Part shown: in pieces, positions 20,176-29,273 of the stretch | How the letters are laid out: each line of letters begins with the position of its first letter | How positions within the stretch are numbered: position 1 is the first letter of the stretch | From: Candidatus Gottesmanbacteria bacterium | GTDB lineage: Bacteria > Patescibacteriota > Microgenomatia > UBA10105 > UBA927 | NCBI GenBank assembly: GCA_016218255.1 | Contig: JACREN010000044.1 | Location: 2,489-66,488, forward strand | DNA length: 64,000 nucleotides | Direction: 5' to 3' | Notes under the pieces: generated by a model | Told to the model about the DNA's origin: nothing | Seen by the model: only the letters and a program-made list of their open reading frames with translations | Databases searched by the model: none | Position numbers and translations under genes: made by a program

Positions 20176-20987
20176 AGTCCCAATGTCCTACCCAATCCCT
20201 CATAAATCAATGTGGTCGGCTCCCACCCCAATATTTGACTCGCACGCGAAAAGGAACAAATTGGGAGTACTGATTCCTTATTCGGCGATGGCGCATACGA
20301 TACTGAAATTTCTTTTCCAACCAATTTACTCATTGTATGAATAAGCCCATTGATAGATACTCGTTCTCCTGAGCAAACATCGATTACTGGACAAATTTCC
20401 ACCCCTCTATACATAACCGACCGAAATATTGCTAAGGCAGCATCTTTCACATAGAGATAATCACGAATTTGCTTACCATCTCCATGAACCACGATCGGCT
20501 TTCCGGACTGGATTAGGTGAGCGAATGTCGAAATTGCTGAATTATAAAACGGACGGCCACCGGGGCCATAAAGATTCGAAAAACGCAATACTACTGCCCG
20601 CATTCCCCTTGATCTGCTTTCATATCCAATCACCTCTTCAGCGCATCGCTTGCTCCAACCGTAAAAACTATTCTTCCATGCTGCCTGCACGGATGAAGCA
20701 AATATTAGCGCTGCCTTCGGACAGTATAATCGCATCGCTTCCATAAGGCGGACGGTACCTAGCAGATTTACCTTCGCCAGCTTATAATTCGTATCACGGT
20801 TAGCTCCGGCGAGATGCACTACTGCAGACGCTCCTATCAATAATTCCGAAAGGGATTGAGGAATGAATAAGTCTTGCGTTTCTTTTTTTAGAAATGACGT
20901 GGTAACTGATTCTTGCTGAAAGAGTTGCATCACATGAGCACCAAGGAATCCTGTTGCCCCGGTGATAGCAATTTTTTTCGTTTTCAT
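20172..20987 (-). CDS. Short NAD(P)-dependent SDR, sugar-nucleotide reductase/epimerase-like
   Basis: 271 aa with 'KIAITGATGFLGAHV' and 'YGWSK' (YxxxK). Its position after a CapD-like dehydratase suggests a 4-reductase role. Confidence 0.65.
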   Translation of the reverse strand: MKTKKIAITGATGFLGAHVMQLFQQESVTTSFLKKETQDLFIPQSLSELLIGASAVVHLAGANRDTNYKLAKVNLLGTVRLMEAMRLYCPKAALIFASSVQAAWKNSFYGWSKRCAEEVIGYESRSRGMRAVVLRFSNLYGPGGRPFYNSAISTFAHLIQSGKPIVVHGDGKQIRDYLYVKDAALAIFRSVMYRGVEICPVIDVCSGERVSINGLIHTMSKLVGKEISVSYAPSPNKESVLPICSFSRASQILGWEPTTLIYEGLGRTLGL

Positions 20988-21799
20988 ACCATTCTACCCC
21001 TCACAAATCCTGCAAACCCTGCTACCTGTTCAAAACCGAGCATTATAATCATCCCAATCGCATGAACTGGGTCCCGTGCCAATAAGCGCCAATTTCGATA
21101 AAATGCAGGGCGAAACAGATACACCAACTGTGTACCAGTAACGGACAGCGGGTGTTGTGAAATATATTTCGACACTTTCAGACCATAATAAAACTTTTTC
21201 TTCATTAGAGATCGCAAACGTACCCTTCGCTCGTTGTGCATAATATATGAGAAAATTCTTCTAAGGGGGTACTTCTGTTGCATTCTTTGCGGTAAATCCC
21301 AATCCTCGGGTCCGGTCAGCCTTTCATCATACCCGCCGGCGTCCCAAAACGCTTTCTTGTCAAAAAACCGTGCTGCCTCAAGCGTTGCATCTCCTTCATA
21401 ACACCTGCGCTCAAGCGTCTTACAGGCAGCCCAAAATCCCACTCCGGCTGACCGCTCCGGCACAACGATTAATTTCGCATCCGAATTCTTTACCGCCATA
21501 TCGACACATTCAAATACTACAGATTCAGACAAAACCATGTCCGCATCTAAAAAAAAGACGTATCGTCCCCTAGCGCACTTAGCGCCCGCATTTCTCTGTG
21601 CACTCCGCTCCGGCCCATCGGTCAGAACCGCAATCCCAAAGCGTTTCACGATATCGCATGTTTTGTCCGTAGAATGGTTATCTACAACTATTATCTCAAT
21701 ATTCGGATAGGTCTGCCTCTTCACGCTTTTAAGTAGAGACGCAATAACGTCCTCTTCGTTTTTTGTTGTAATAATGATAGATACAGCCGGATATTTCAT
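20984..21799 (-). CDS. Family-2 glycosyltransferase (soluble GT-A)
   Basis: 'VSIIITTKNEEDVI', 'IVVDNHSTDKT' and 'FLDADMV'. The ORF track start at 21859 is a TTG. An ATG at 21799 ('MKYPAVSIIITT') is more plausible and leaves a 65-bp divergent intergenic region. Confidence 0.8.
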   Translation of the reverse strand: MKYPAVSIIITTKNEEDVIASLLKSVKRQTYPNIEIIVVDNHSTDKTCDIVKRFGIAVLTDGPERSAQRNAGAKCARGRYVFFLDADMVLSESVVFECVDMAVKNSDAKLIVVPERSAGVGFWAACKTLERRCYEGDATLEAARFFDKKAFWDAGGYDERLTGPEDWDLPQRMQQKYPLRRIFSYIMHNERRVRLRSLMKKKFYYGLKVSKYISQHPLSVTGTQLVYLFRPAFYRNWRLLARDPVHAIGMIIMLGFEQVAGFAGFVRGRMV

Positions 21800-21864
21800 T
21801 CTGGTGCAATCATTATACCATCGGCGGTTGACGAAGCAGGAAAATCCCCGTATACTCAAACGAT

Positions 21865-22449
21865 ATGAAAAAAATAATCCAATCTTCTTTAGTACTGTTT
21901 ATTTCGGTATGTACTGTTCTATTGATCCCGCTAAGCAAATCGTTTGCCCAAGAGGTTCTCTCCGTACAAAGCGAATCAACTCCTATATATGTAGAATATG
22001 AACTGGCCTTTCCAGGTATGTTGCCGGATCACCCTCTCTATAAAGCAAAAATAATGCGCGACCGAATCATGGCCTTTGTCACCTCCAACCCTCAAAAACT
22101 TGCTGACTTTTATCTTCTTCAGACAGATAAGGGCATCTTAGCAGCTGCTATGTTAGTCGACAAAAATAACTCCAAGCTCGCCGCAACAACAGCGCTCAAA
22201 GCCGAACACAACTTCACTTTGCTGACGCAGCAATTGTTCCGGTTCCCCAAGAAGCCGGAGACAGCCTTTTATCAAAAACTAAAAACTGCCGCTGCGAAGC
22301 ATCAGGAAGTACTCGCATCTCTTGAAAAAAGAACAACAGGTGAAGAAGCAAAAACCTTTGAAACAATTATCGAATTTTCAAAGAAAAACGTGCAGACAAT
22401 CACCGATTTTCAAACGAAAAAGACCTTCGAAGAATCGCTTCTGGAATAA
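21865..22449 (+). CDS. Small secreted protein with a 'Y-x-L-x-[FY]-P-G-x-[LM]-P-[DG]' motif, paralog of 47857..48372
   Basis: 194 aa. The N-terminus is a signal peptide, 'MKKIIQSSLVLFISVCTVLLIPLSKSFAQE'. 'YVEYELAFPGMLPDHPLYKAKIMRDR' aligns with 'YVLPYPGSMPGSKFYLLSRIADS' of the paralog. Confidence 0.6.
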   Translation: MKKIIQSSLVLFISVCTVLLIPLSKSFAQEVLSVQSESTPIYVEYELAFPGMLPDHPLYKAKIMRDRIMAFVTSNPQKLADFYLLQTDKGILAAAMLVDKNNSKLAATTALKAEHNFTLLTQQLFRFPKKPETAFYQKLKTAAAKHQEVLASLEKRTTGEEAKTFETIIEFSKKNVQTITDFQTKKTFEESLLE

Positions 22450-22464
22450 TGCTATAATACCACC

Positions 22465-23415
22465 ATGCAAAAAAGCAGTGTAAATCCGGAGCTGTCCGTT
22501 ATTATTCCTGTTTACAACGAAGAGCAATCACTTCCGATACTGCACAAAGAACTCATTTCGGCACTCGAAAAAATCGGGTACACTTTTGAAATCCTCTATG
22601 TAGATGATGGCTCTACGGATCGCTCCCAAAATATACTCAGACGATTAACAAATCCGCGAGTTCATCTCATTACATTTCGGGCCAACTTCGGCAAATCGGA
22701 AGCACTTGCTGTTGGTTTTAGAACTGTAAAAGGGCGATATATTATCACGATGGATGCGGATCTACAAGATGATCCAACACAAATCAAACTGCTACTCGAT
22801 AAACTCATTTGTGGATATGACCTAGTGAGTGGCTGGCGCGTAAAACGAGAAGATACAAAGACAAAAAAAATCTCAAGCTTTCTTTTTAATAGAGGGACAT
22901 CGCTCCTCTCGGGCGTGAACCTACATGATGCGAATTGCGGCCTGAAAATATTTACCAAAGAAGTAGCGGATCAGATATCGCTTTACGGTGAGCTCCATAG
23001 ATTCATTCCAATTCTGGCTGCCAAAAAGAAATTCCGTGTCGCTGAATTACCTATTCATCACCGCAAAAGAAAATTCGGTGTCTCCAAGTATGGCTGGGAA
23101 CGCGGTTGGCGTGGAATCATTGATTTATTTACCACTCTCTTTGTCACGGATTACGCTACAAAACCTGCACACTTCTTTGGAAAAATTGGACTTCTCCTTT
23201 TCATAATAGGATTTATCATGGACGGATATGTCACCGCTCTAAAAATATTCACCGGCACCACACAGGGAAGAATCCCTCTGTTTCTTGCTGGTATATTGTG
23301 TATGGTCCTCGGAGTACAACTGCTCTCAACAGGACTTATTGCGGAGATGATGACGTACTATTTCCTGCGCCGGAATCCAAAAACCACACCCGGGCACGGC
23401 GGACCTGAACAATAG
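22465..23415 (+). CDS. Family-2 glycosyltransferase, polyprenol-phosphate sugar synthase type (GtrB/ArnC-like) with C-terminal TM helices
   Basis: 316 aa with 'LSVIIPVYNEEQSL', 'VDDGSTDRS' and 'ITMDADLQDDP', plus two C-terminal hydrophobic helices. Confidence 0.8.
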   Translation: MQKSSVNPELSVIIPVYNEEQSLPILHKELISALEKIGYTFEILYVDDGSTDRSQNILRRLTNPRVHLITFRANFGKSEALAVGFRTVKGRYIITMDADLQDDPTQIKLLLDKLICGYDLVSGWRVKREDTKTKKISSFLFNRGTSLLSGVNLHDANCGLKIFTKEVADQISLYGELHRFIPILAAKKKFRVAELPIHHRKRKFGVSKYGWERGWRGIIDLFTTLFVTDYATKPAHFFGKIGLLLFIIGFIMDGYVTALKIFTGTTQGRIPLFLAGILCMVLGVQLLSTGLIAEMMTYYFLRRNPKTTPGHGGPEQ

Positions 23416-25387
23416 GGCACACATTGTCAATTTCTGAAAATAATCCAATCATTGACGCCTTATCTGCTGGAAACGAATAAGAAAGCGATGTATTCCCCAG
23501 AGTGTATGACCTGTCCCCATCACCCATTTGAGTAATAAGAAAATACGGACTGAACCATTTATCTCCGTTTGATGAAACGCCAATTTTTATATTTTCCGGA
23601 GGTATACACCCGTCATTATCGAAAATTAACTCCAATTTTGTAATCTTTACTTCCCGAAGCAGACGAATAATGAGATCTTTCCCTTCTAACGCAAATGCTA
23701 CTTCTTCCATTTGTTGATTACGATACTCTGATTTTATGTTGGCTGGATCATTTTTCCATATCGTCAGAACCGTAGTGCCGTCAACACGTACCTCATAAAC
23801 CGGTTTAAGAAAACGTTCCAAAAATGCCGGCTCGAAGTATCGAAGCGCTTCAAAATCCATAGAGGTAGCCTCCATGATATATTCACCGCGGTGCGCGTAT
23901 CCGCTCCATACACTATCATCAAATATGATATCCGAACGCAAAAATGGACGGGGCAACGCGGACGTTCCCCGATGAACAAGAGTCAGGCGGGCTCCCTGTT
24001 CTGCATACTGATTTAGCCACTGTGCGCCTTGACGATACACGCTACCGAGATCTTCACCGGCAGAAGGGATTCGCAATGCATAAGCCCCACGCAATCCTCC
24101 GATAAGTTCATTTACATAAAGCGTCTCATTGGGATGAATTCGGATAAGCTTCGCGCCAGCAATGACAAATCCTGCAAAAATGAGTATTAAAATCATCACA
24201 CGCCACATACCGGTCAATCTCCAAACTATAAAGCGAGCGCCATACCCCGCTAATAAGCAGAACGCTGGAATATATTCCATGAGAAGTCTTGCACCGCCGT
24301 ATATAGATGTTCCTGGCATGCTTGCGCGCACTATAGGAATCGTCATCCAAAGGATGAGAAGCGTACCGAGCGGAGACGTTCGTCTTATGGTGTATGCGAA
24401 CGCAGCAATAAACCCAATTCCCCCCAATGCAAGAATCACGAGCGGTGTTGTCAACCCGATCCACGCGAGAGGATAGCTATTAAAACCAAAAAATAAATAT
24501 GCCGGCTGATACGGTTGGTATGTTCCAATTGATACGTAATATCCCAATATTTTTTTGAGATGTTCAATTGGCGCCGTCCAAAGAAACGGCCAGGACAAAA
24601 AAAACAGGGAAACTGCAATGACGCCTGCAAATGGAAATAATACAATAATCTTAGTAAGATTTCTTTTTCTTTCGGGTCGTTGAATCAACCAATAATACAA
24701 AAACCACAACCCTGCAATAATCGGCAGAAACGCGCTATTTAATTTCGTAGCCAGCGCAAACCCCCAGGCGATGCCGGAAAAAACAAGAAGCTTCCGGGAG
24801 TTTTTCGTCACCGCACGGTAAAAAAGAAGTACCGCAATGCTGAAAAACACCGTGAGCGGCGGATCCTTCACGTTAAAATGCGTCTCTGCCAAAAAAATAG
24901 GGTAGAGAAAAAGAGACAAGCCGCTCACGATGCCAGCGAGTATTCCGATTTCCTGTATCGCGAACCACACAAGAATTCCAATAAATAAAGAGGACAGAAA
25001 AATTCCAAAAACACTGTACGCTTCAATATCTCCGAGAACGCCAAACACTTCATAAAAAATGGTATTGGCCGCGGCAAACAATATGCCATTGAGCGGCGGA
25101 TGTCCACTATCGTTGAAACGCCAATACTGGGCGGTCATGTTGGGCAACTGATACATTGACCTTCGAGGCAACTGCGGACTATTTCCGATTAGCGGCGATA
25201 AAAAATACGTCAGGTAAGCCTTTCCCCGAACATAATGTGCGGGATCGTCCCAACTGATCCCATAATGAGAAAGCGTCGATAAACCAACAGCAAAGAACAC
25301 GAAACTAAAAATTACTGCGATGAATATATCAAATCGTTTTTTCACGTCTGTTATTGTATTATATACGTATGAAACGGCTGATTCCAA
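23336..25387 (-). CDS. GT-C-type glycosyltransferase, PMT/ArnT-like, paralog of 33352..35397
   Basis: 683 aa. It has an N-terminal TM helix, then 'GISWDDPAHYVRGKAY' and 'NDSGHPPLNGILFAAA', matching the DE-loop plus 'HPPL' architecture of GT39/GT83. The ORF track start is a TTG; a GTG at 25345 is possible. Confidence 0.55.
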   Translation of the reverse strand: MESAVSYVYNTITDVKKRFDIFIAVIFSFVFFAVGLSTLSHYGISWDDPAHYVRGKAYLTYFLSPLIGNSPQLPRRSMYQLPNMTAQYWRFNDSGHPPLNGILFAAANTIFYEVFGVLGDIEAYSVFGIFLSSLFIGILVWFAIQEIGILAGIVSGLSLFLYPIFLAETHFNVKDPPLTVFFSIAVLLFYRAVTKNSRKLLVFSGIAWGFALATKLNSAFLPIIAGLWFLYYWLIQRPERKRNLTKIIVLFPFAGVIAVSLFFLSWPFLWTAPIEHLKKILGYYVSIGTYQPYQPAYLFFGFNSYPLAWIGLTTPLVILALGGIGFIAAFAYTIRRTSPLGTLLILWMTIPIVRASMPGTSIYGGARLLMEYIPAFCLLAGYGARFIVWRLTGMWRVMILILIFAGFVIAGAKLIRIHPNETLYVNELIGGLRGAYALRIPSAGEDLGSVYRQGAQWLNQYAEQGARLTLVHRGTSALPRPFLRSDIIFDDSVWSGYAHRGEYIMEATSMDFEALRYFEPAFLERFLKPVYEVRVDGTTVLTIWKNDPANIKSEYRNQQMEEVAFALEGKDLIIRLLREVKITKLELIFDNDGCIPPENIKIGVSSNGDKWFSPYFLITQMGDGDRSYTLGNTSLSYSFPADKASMIGLFSEIDNVCPIVQVRRARVWFLDSGAGNSTSSSPQ

Positions 25388-27123
25388 TGATTATTTCAAC
25401 CATTTGTACCCTCTTCTTGCTTGAGGCAACACTCCGTATTTTTTGGGTTCCAGCCAACCTTGATCCCCGCTTTAGAAGACACGATATCCAATGGATGGAG
25501 CAAAACGTCGTATACAATTCATACGGATATCGTGATGTCGAATATACCCAAGGAAAGCCGGCCAATATCTTTCGCATCTATAGCCTGGGCGACTCGTACA
25601 CCTTTGGCTGGTATCTGCCGGATACGAAAAATACCTACACGAAGCTTCTTGAACATGATCTGAACGAAAATCAACACATTGCCAGCCAAATCATAAACGC
25701 TGCTTCCCCAGGGTTTTCCATGAAAGAAGAAGTGGATCGCTTTATGGAAGAAGGACGGTACTTTAACCCGGATCTGGTAACGATTGGCCTAAACTATGGA
25801 GACTTTATCACCGTGGGCCAGTTCCCAAACATCATGCTGCCATTCCAAAATGAACTGAACAAATCGTATCTCTATCGGACATCAGTCGGCAGACTCATTC
25901 AAATCATCGAATCTAAACGCCGCCGCGAGTATCTTCTGAATATTTTCCAAAATCCCGACTCTCCGGACTGGAAAGAGGCAGAGAAACTCTTAGTACATCT
26001 TCAAAAAGAAACGGCAGCGATCAATGCAAAGCTCGTTATCGTCCTGTTTCCGCATCTTGATACGGGAAATCCCGACGGACCATATTTATATATACCCATG
26101 CACGAAAAACTTACCGCATTTGCCAAAGAGCACGATATCACACTCGTCGACCCGTTGCCCTTGTATAAAAAATATAAAGACAAGGAGAAACTTGTCCTCA
26201 ATCCCATCGACGCCCATCCGACTAACGAAGCGCATGTATTGGTGTTTCAGGCATTTTTGAGATCGTTTTCATTTTCTTCGTATATTGCGAGCCATCAACC
26301 GTACCAACCACGAAAATTTTCAGTTTCCGTCCGATCCGAACGAGATAGGCTGCCGGCATTCAAAAAAATATGGCATATTAAATCTTCTGATCCAGGTATC
26401 CCGTGGGTGTACATGAATGATGACCAATCAGTTAAAACCATACCCCTTATAGATGCTGCGGCGCGCCAATCACCCATTTATCAGGATACGCTGCAAATTT
26501 TTAAACCGTCTCAGCCCGGCCAGCCTGGCAATACCATCGGCGCGTCGATGAAATATCATATTCTGGCAAAAAATCAATCCCAAGGGCAAATCATAATTCC
26601 CACGATTCTTTACGGATATCCTGTGGTCGGCATAGAAAATATCCAGGGATTATATATAGAAAAACAAGGGGGTACGGTAAAAGAATTTATCACGCCAATG
26701 AATATAAATTTCACCCCACAACAGATCACAATTTTTTATAAACCTGCTGCGGATTACTATGTCTTCCAGCTGGAGCTTGCCGTTGCCGTCAAACAGCTCA
26801 CCGTCACGGCAGATGGCCGAATTGCATACATAACCAAAACATCCATCATCACATACCCAATGAAAAAATCCGATACCCGTATTTCCATCCCGATAGGTGC
26901 TCCAATTGTCGGACTCCCGCAATTTACGGATATGAATGACAGTTACTCGTACGTCATTGATAATGGGGTCTTAACGCGCCTCCAGGAAATACACGTTACG
27001 GACAATCAACTCGATCTGCAGTTTGTCCACCCGATACGCGCGAACGCCGAGATTTCCATTCCCGTGGAACTAGGATATACTATAGACAATAATGAAGTTC
27101 TGACGCTTGACCTTGAACAATGA
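25354..27123 (+). CDS. Membrane-anchored SGNH/GDSL-family hydrolase or acyl-esterase, with a C-terminal beta-rich domain of about 300 aa and unknown function
   Basis: 589 aa. SGNH blocks are 'YSLGDSYTFGW' (I), 'NAASPGFS' (II), 'GLNYGDF' (III) and 'IDAHPTNEAH' (V). It has an N-terminal TM helix. The ORF track start is a TTG; the first ATG is at 25369. Confidence 0.65.
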   Translation: MYYIRMKRLIPMIISTICTLFLLEATLRIFWVPANLDPRFRRHDIQWMEQNVVYNSYGYRDVEYTQGKPANIFRIYSLGDSYTFGWYLPDTKNTYTKLLEHDLNENQHIASQIINAASPGFSMKEEVDRFMEEGRYFNPDLVTIGLNYGDFITVGQFPNIMLPFQNELNKSYLYRTSVGRLIQIIESKRRREYLLNIFQNPDSPDWKEAEKLLVHLQKETAAINAKLVIVLFPHLDTGNPDGPYLYIPMHEKLTAFAKEHDITLVDPLPLYKKYKDKEKLVLNPIDAHPTNEAHVLVFQAFLRSFSFSSYIASHQPYQPRKFSVSVRSERDRLPAFKKIWHIKSSDPGIPWVYMNDDQSVKTIPLIDAAARQSPIYQDTLQIFKPSQPGQPGNTIGASMKYHILAKNQSQGQIIIPTILYGYPVVGIENIQGLYIEKQGGTVKEFITPMNINFTPQQITIFYKPAADYYVFQLELAVAVKQLTVTADGRIAYITKTSIITYPMKKSDTRISIPIGAPIVGLPQFTDMNDSYSYVIDNGVLTRLQEIHVTDNQLDLQFVHPIRANAEISIPVELGYTIDNNEVLTLDLEQ

Positions 27124-27290
27124 AGTGCTTTTTCGGCAAAATAAAAATTATTGGGGAGATATTTGAATTTCTTGGGCATGAACGGCTGTGGTGGCTCGCC
27201 CCGCCGATTATCATATTGCTCTTGTTTGGTCTTCTGTTTGTCCTGTCTCACGGTACGGTGCTTGCCCCATTTTTGTATCCACTATTCTGA
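27120..27290 (+). CDS. Tiny single-TM membrane protein (56 aa) of a family often found next to carbamoyltransferases
   Basis: The ATG at 27120 overlaps the stop of the SGNH gene (ATGA). The product is 'MKCFFGKIKIIGEIFEFLGHERLWWLAPPIIILLLFGLLFVLSHGTVLAPFLYPLF'. It is not called as such in the ORF track. Confidence 0.5.
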   Translation: MKCFFGKIKIIGEIFEFLGHERLWWLAPPIIILLLFGLLFVLSHGTVLAPFLYPLF

Positions 27291-27484
27291 TGAAGAAAAT
27301 TCTTGTTTTGATATCAGATATCCAAATGACGATTATTATGACGATATTTTACCTCGTCATACTTGCTCCCTTTTCACTATTTGTAAAAAGTAAAATTAAG
27401 CCTTTTAAGACAAAAAAAAAGAACAGCAATTGGGAGCGCATACATATTACTTCAAATAATAAAGATCTGATGAAACAATACTAA
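27290..27484 (+). CDS. Tiny single-TM membrane protein (64 aa)
   Basis: Its ATG shares one nucleotide with the preceding stop (TGATG). The product is 'MKKILVLISDIQMTIIMTIFYLVILAPFSLFVKSKIKPFKTKKKNSNWERIHITSNNKDLMKQY'. It ends 7 nt before the carbamoyltransferase start. Confidence 0.4.
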   Translation: MKKILVLISDIQMTIIMTIFYLVILAPFSLFVKSKIKPFKTKKKNSNWERIHITSNNKDLMKQY

Positions 27485-27491
27485 TGCACCC

Positions 27492-29273
27492 ATGAATATC
27501 CTTGGCATTTCCTGTGATTATCATGATAGTGCTGCAGTTCTCGTTCGCGATGGAATTCTGGTCTCCGCAGCCCAGGAAGAACGGTTCACCCGATTAAAAA
27601 ATGATTCCTCCATCCCGCGCCATGCCGTTGATTTCTGCCTTTCACAGGGTAACATCGGGCTGAAAGATATTGATCGGGTTGCTTTTTATGAAAAGCCGTT
27701 CCGAAAATTTCACAGAATTCTGCTCTCATCGTTAGCCACATATCCGGCTGGTCTGCCGTTTTTTGTCGCAGCTATGCGTTCGTTTCTTTTGGAGAAATTG
27801 TGGATCAAAAATAAAATCATTGAAGAACTACATATACCGGAAGACCGTGTCTCATTCGTCCCCCATCACATTTCCCATGGGGCATCAACATTTTTTGCAT
27901 CACCATACTGCGACGCAACCATCGTAACGATTGACGGTGTCGGAGAATGGGCGACCTCAACCATTGGAAAAGGAAAAGATAACAATATCACGGTAATGGC
28001 TGAACAGCAGTTTCCCCATTCTCTTGGGCTTCTTTACAGCACAATCACCGCGTTTTTGGGATTCGAGGTTAATGAGGGGGAATACAAAGTCATGGGCATG
28101 GCACCGTTTGGAAAACCAATATATGCTGACAAAATTTGGAAACTTCTCAACCTGTTTCCAGATAGCAGCTTTCGGTTAAACCTAGAATATTTTTCCTTTC
28201 AGATATCAGAAAGCAGTCCATATAGTTCAAAGCTTATTTCTCTGTTGGGCAAGCCCAGGGATCCCGGCAGTCACTTTTTCACCAAACGCTCCGGTTTTCC
28301 TTCATATTTTGGCAAAAAACCAGCCGACTACGCGAAGCGTTGTGAAGAAAATCAACACTTTGCCGACATTGCCGCATCGCTGCAATACGTAGCGGAGCAT
28401 ATCATATTTTCTGTTATTCGCCACGCCTACACGATAGCGCCATCAAAAAATCTGTGTCTCGCCGGGGGAGTTTTCTTAAACAGTGTCGCAAACGGCAAAC
28501 TTCAAAAAAATACTCCTTTCCAACATATCTATATCCAGCCGGCGGCAGGTGACGCAGGCGGCGCATTAGGCGCTGCGCTTTATGTAAACAGAACCGTATA
28601 TCAATCCAAGCCTTTTATCATGACTCACGCGTATTGGGGCAAAGAATTCTCGGAAACAGAAATATTGCACGCAGCAAAATCATATAATCTCTCCTTTCGA
28701 AAAATACGCAATACGCGCAAACTCAACACAGTCATCATCAATGCGATAATGAATGAAAAAGTCGTCGGCTGGTTTAACGGGCGAAGCGAATGGGGTCCGA
28801 GGGCTTTGGGCAATCGAAGTATTCTGGCAGATCCCAGAGATCCCGCCATAAAGGATATTGTCAATACAAAAATAAAGTTCCGTGAGCCATTCCGTCCGTT
28901 CGCTGCTTCTGTTCTCGCCGGACATGAACATGAAATATTCGATATACCTGCTTCTCCGGGTTTACCCATCAATTTTATGCTCTGCGTGTATCCGGTCAAT
29001 AAGAAATGGCGTAAAAAAATTCCTGCAGTCACGCACGTCAACGGAACCAGCAGACCCCAGGTCGTCAACAAAAAAGATAATAAACGCTACTGGGAGCTTA
29101 TCAACGATTTTTATAAAAAAACCGGTGTGCCATTGCTATTGAATACATCGTTTAACATCAAAGGCGAACCGATCGTGAACACCCCGACTGATGCCATACA
29201 AACATTCCTCACAAGTGAACTCGATCTGTTAGTCATGGGAAATTTCATTATAACAAAACAATCAAATAGCTGA
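27492..29273 (+). CDS. O-carbamoyltransferase of the NodU/CmcH/TobZ family
   Basis: 593 aa. 'ILGISCDYHDSAAVLVRDGILVSAAQEERFTRLKNDSSIPRHAVDFCL' is the hallmark N-terminus of the family. A YrdC-like C-terminal region is present. Confidence 0.85.
   Translation: MNILGISCDYHDSAAVLVRDGILVSAAQEERFTRLKNDSSIPRHAVDFCLSQGNIGLKDIDRVAFYEKPFRKFHRILLSSLATYPAGLPFFVAAMRSFLLEKLWIKNKIIEELHIPEDRVSFVPHHISHGASTFFASPYCDATIVTIDGVGEWATSTIGKGKDNNITVMAEQQFPHSLGLLYSTITAFLGFEVNEGEYKVMGMAPFGKPIYADKIWKLLNLFPDSSFRLNLEYFSFQISESSPYSSKLISLLGKPRDPGSHFFTKRSGFPSYFGKKPADYAKRCEENQHFADIAASLQYVAEHIIFSVIRHAYTIAPSKNLCLAGGVFLNSVANGKLQKNTPFQHIYIQPAAGDAGGALGAALYVNRTVYQSKPFIMTHAYWGKEFSETEILHAAKSYNLSFRKIRNTRKLNTVIINAIMNEKVVGWFNGRSEWGPRALGNRSILADPRDPAIKDIVNTKIKFREPFRPFAASVLAGHEHEIFDIPASPGLPINFMLCVYPVNKKWRKKIPAVTHVNGTSRPQVVNKKDNKRYWELINDFYKKTGVPLLLNTSFNIKGEPIVNTPTDAIQTFLTSELDLLVMGNFIITKQSNS

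Noticed and set aside
21859-21865. 5-bp divergent intergenic region implied by ORF-track starts
   Set aside because: The minus-strand start at 21859 is a TTG. The ATG at 21799 gives a standard GT2 N-terminus and a normal 65-bp divergent promoter region.
27400-27425. Homopolymer A run ('aaaaaaaaag') and other A/T-rich tracts
   Set aside because: It lies inside the small ORF coding for a Lys-rich segment (KTKKKN). It is ordinary low-GC codon usage, not a regulatory slippery site that I can support.
27151-27484. ORF-track entries 27151..27393 (80 aa) and 27188..27484 (98 aa)
   Set aside because: The 80-aa ORF is in a different frame and Cys-rich with no TM logic. The 98-aa version has an N-terminal extension overlapping the better-supported 56-aa ORF. 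Shorter coupled ORFs at 27120..27290 and 27290..27484 are preferred.
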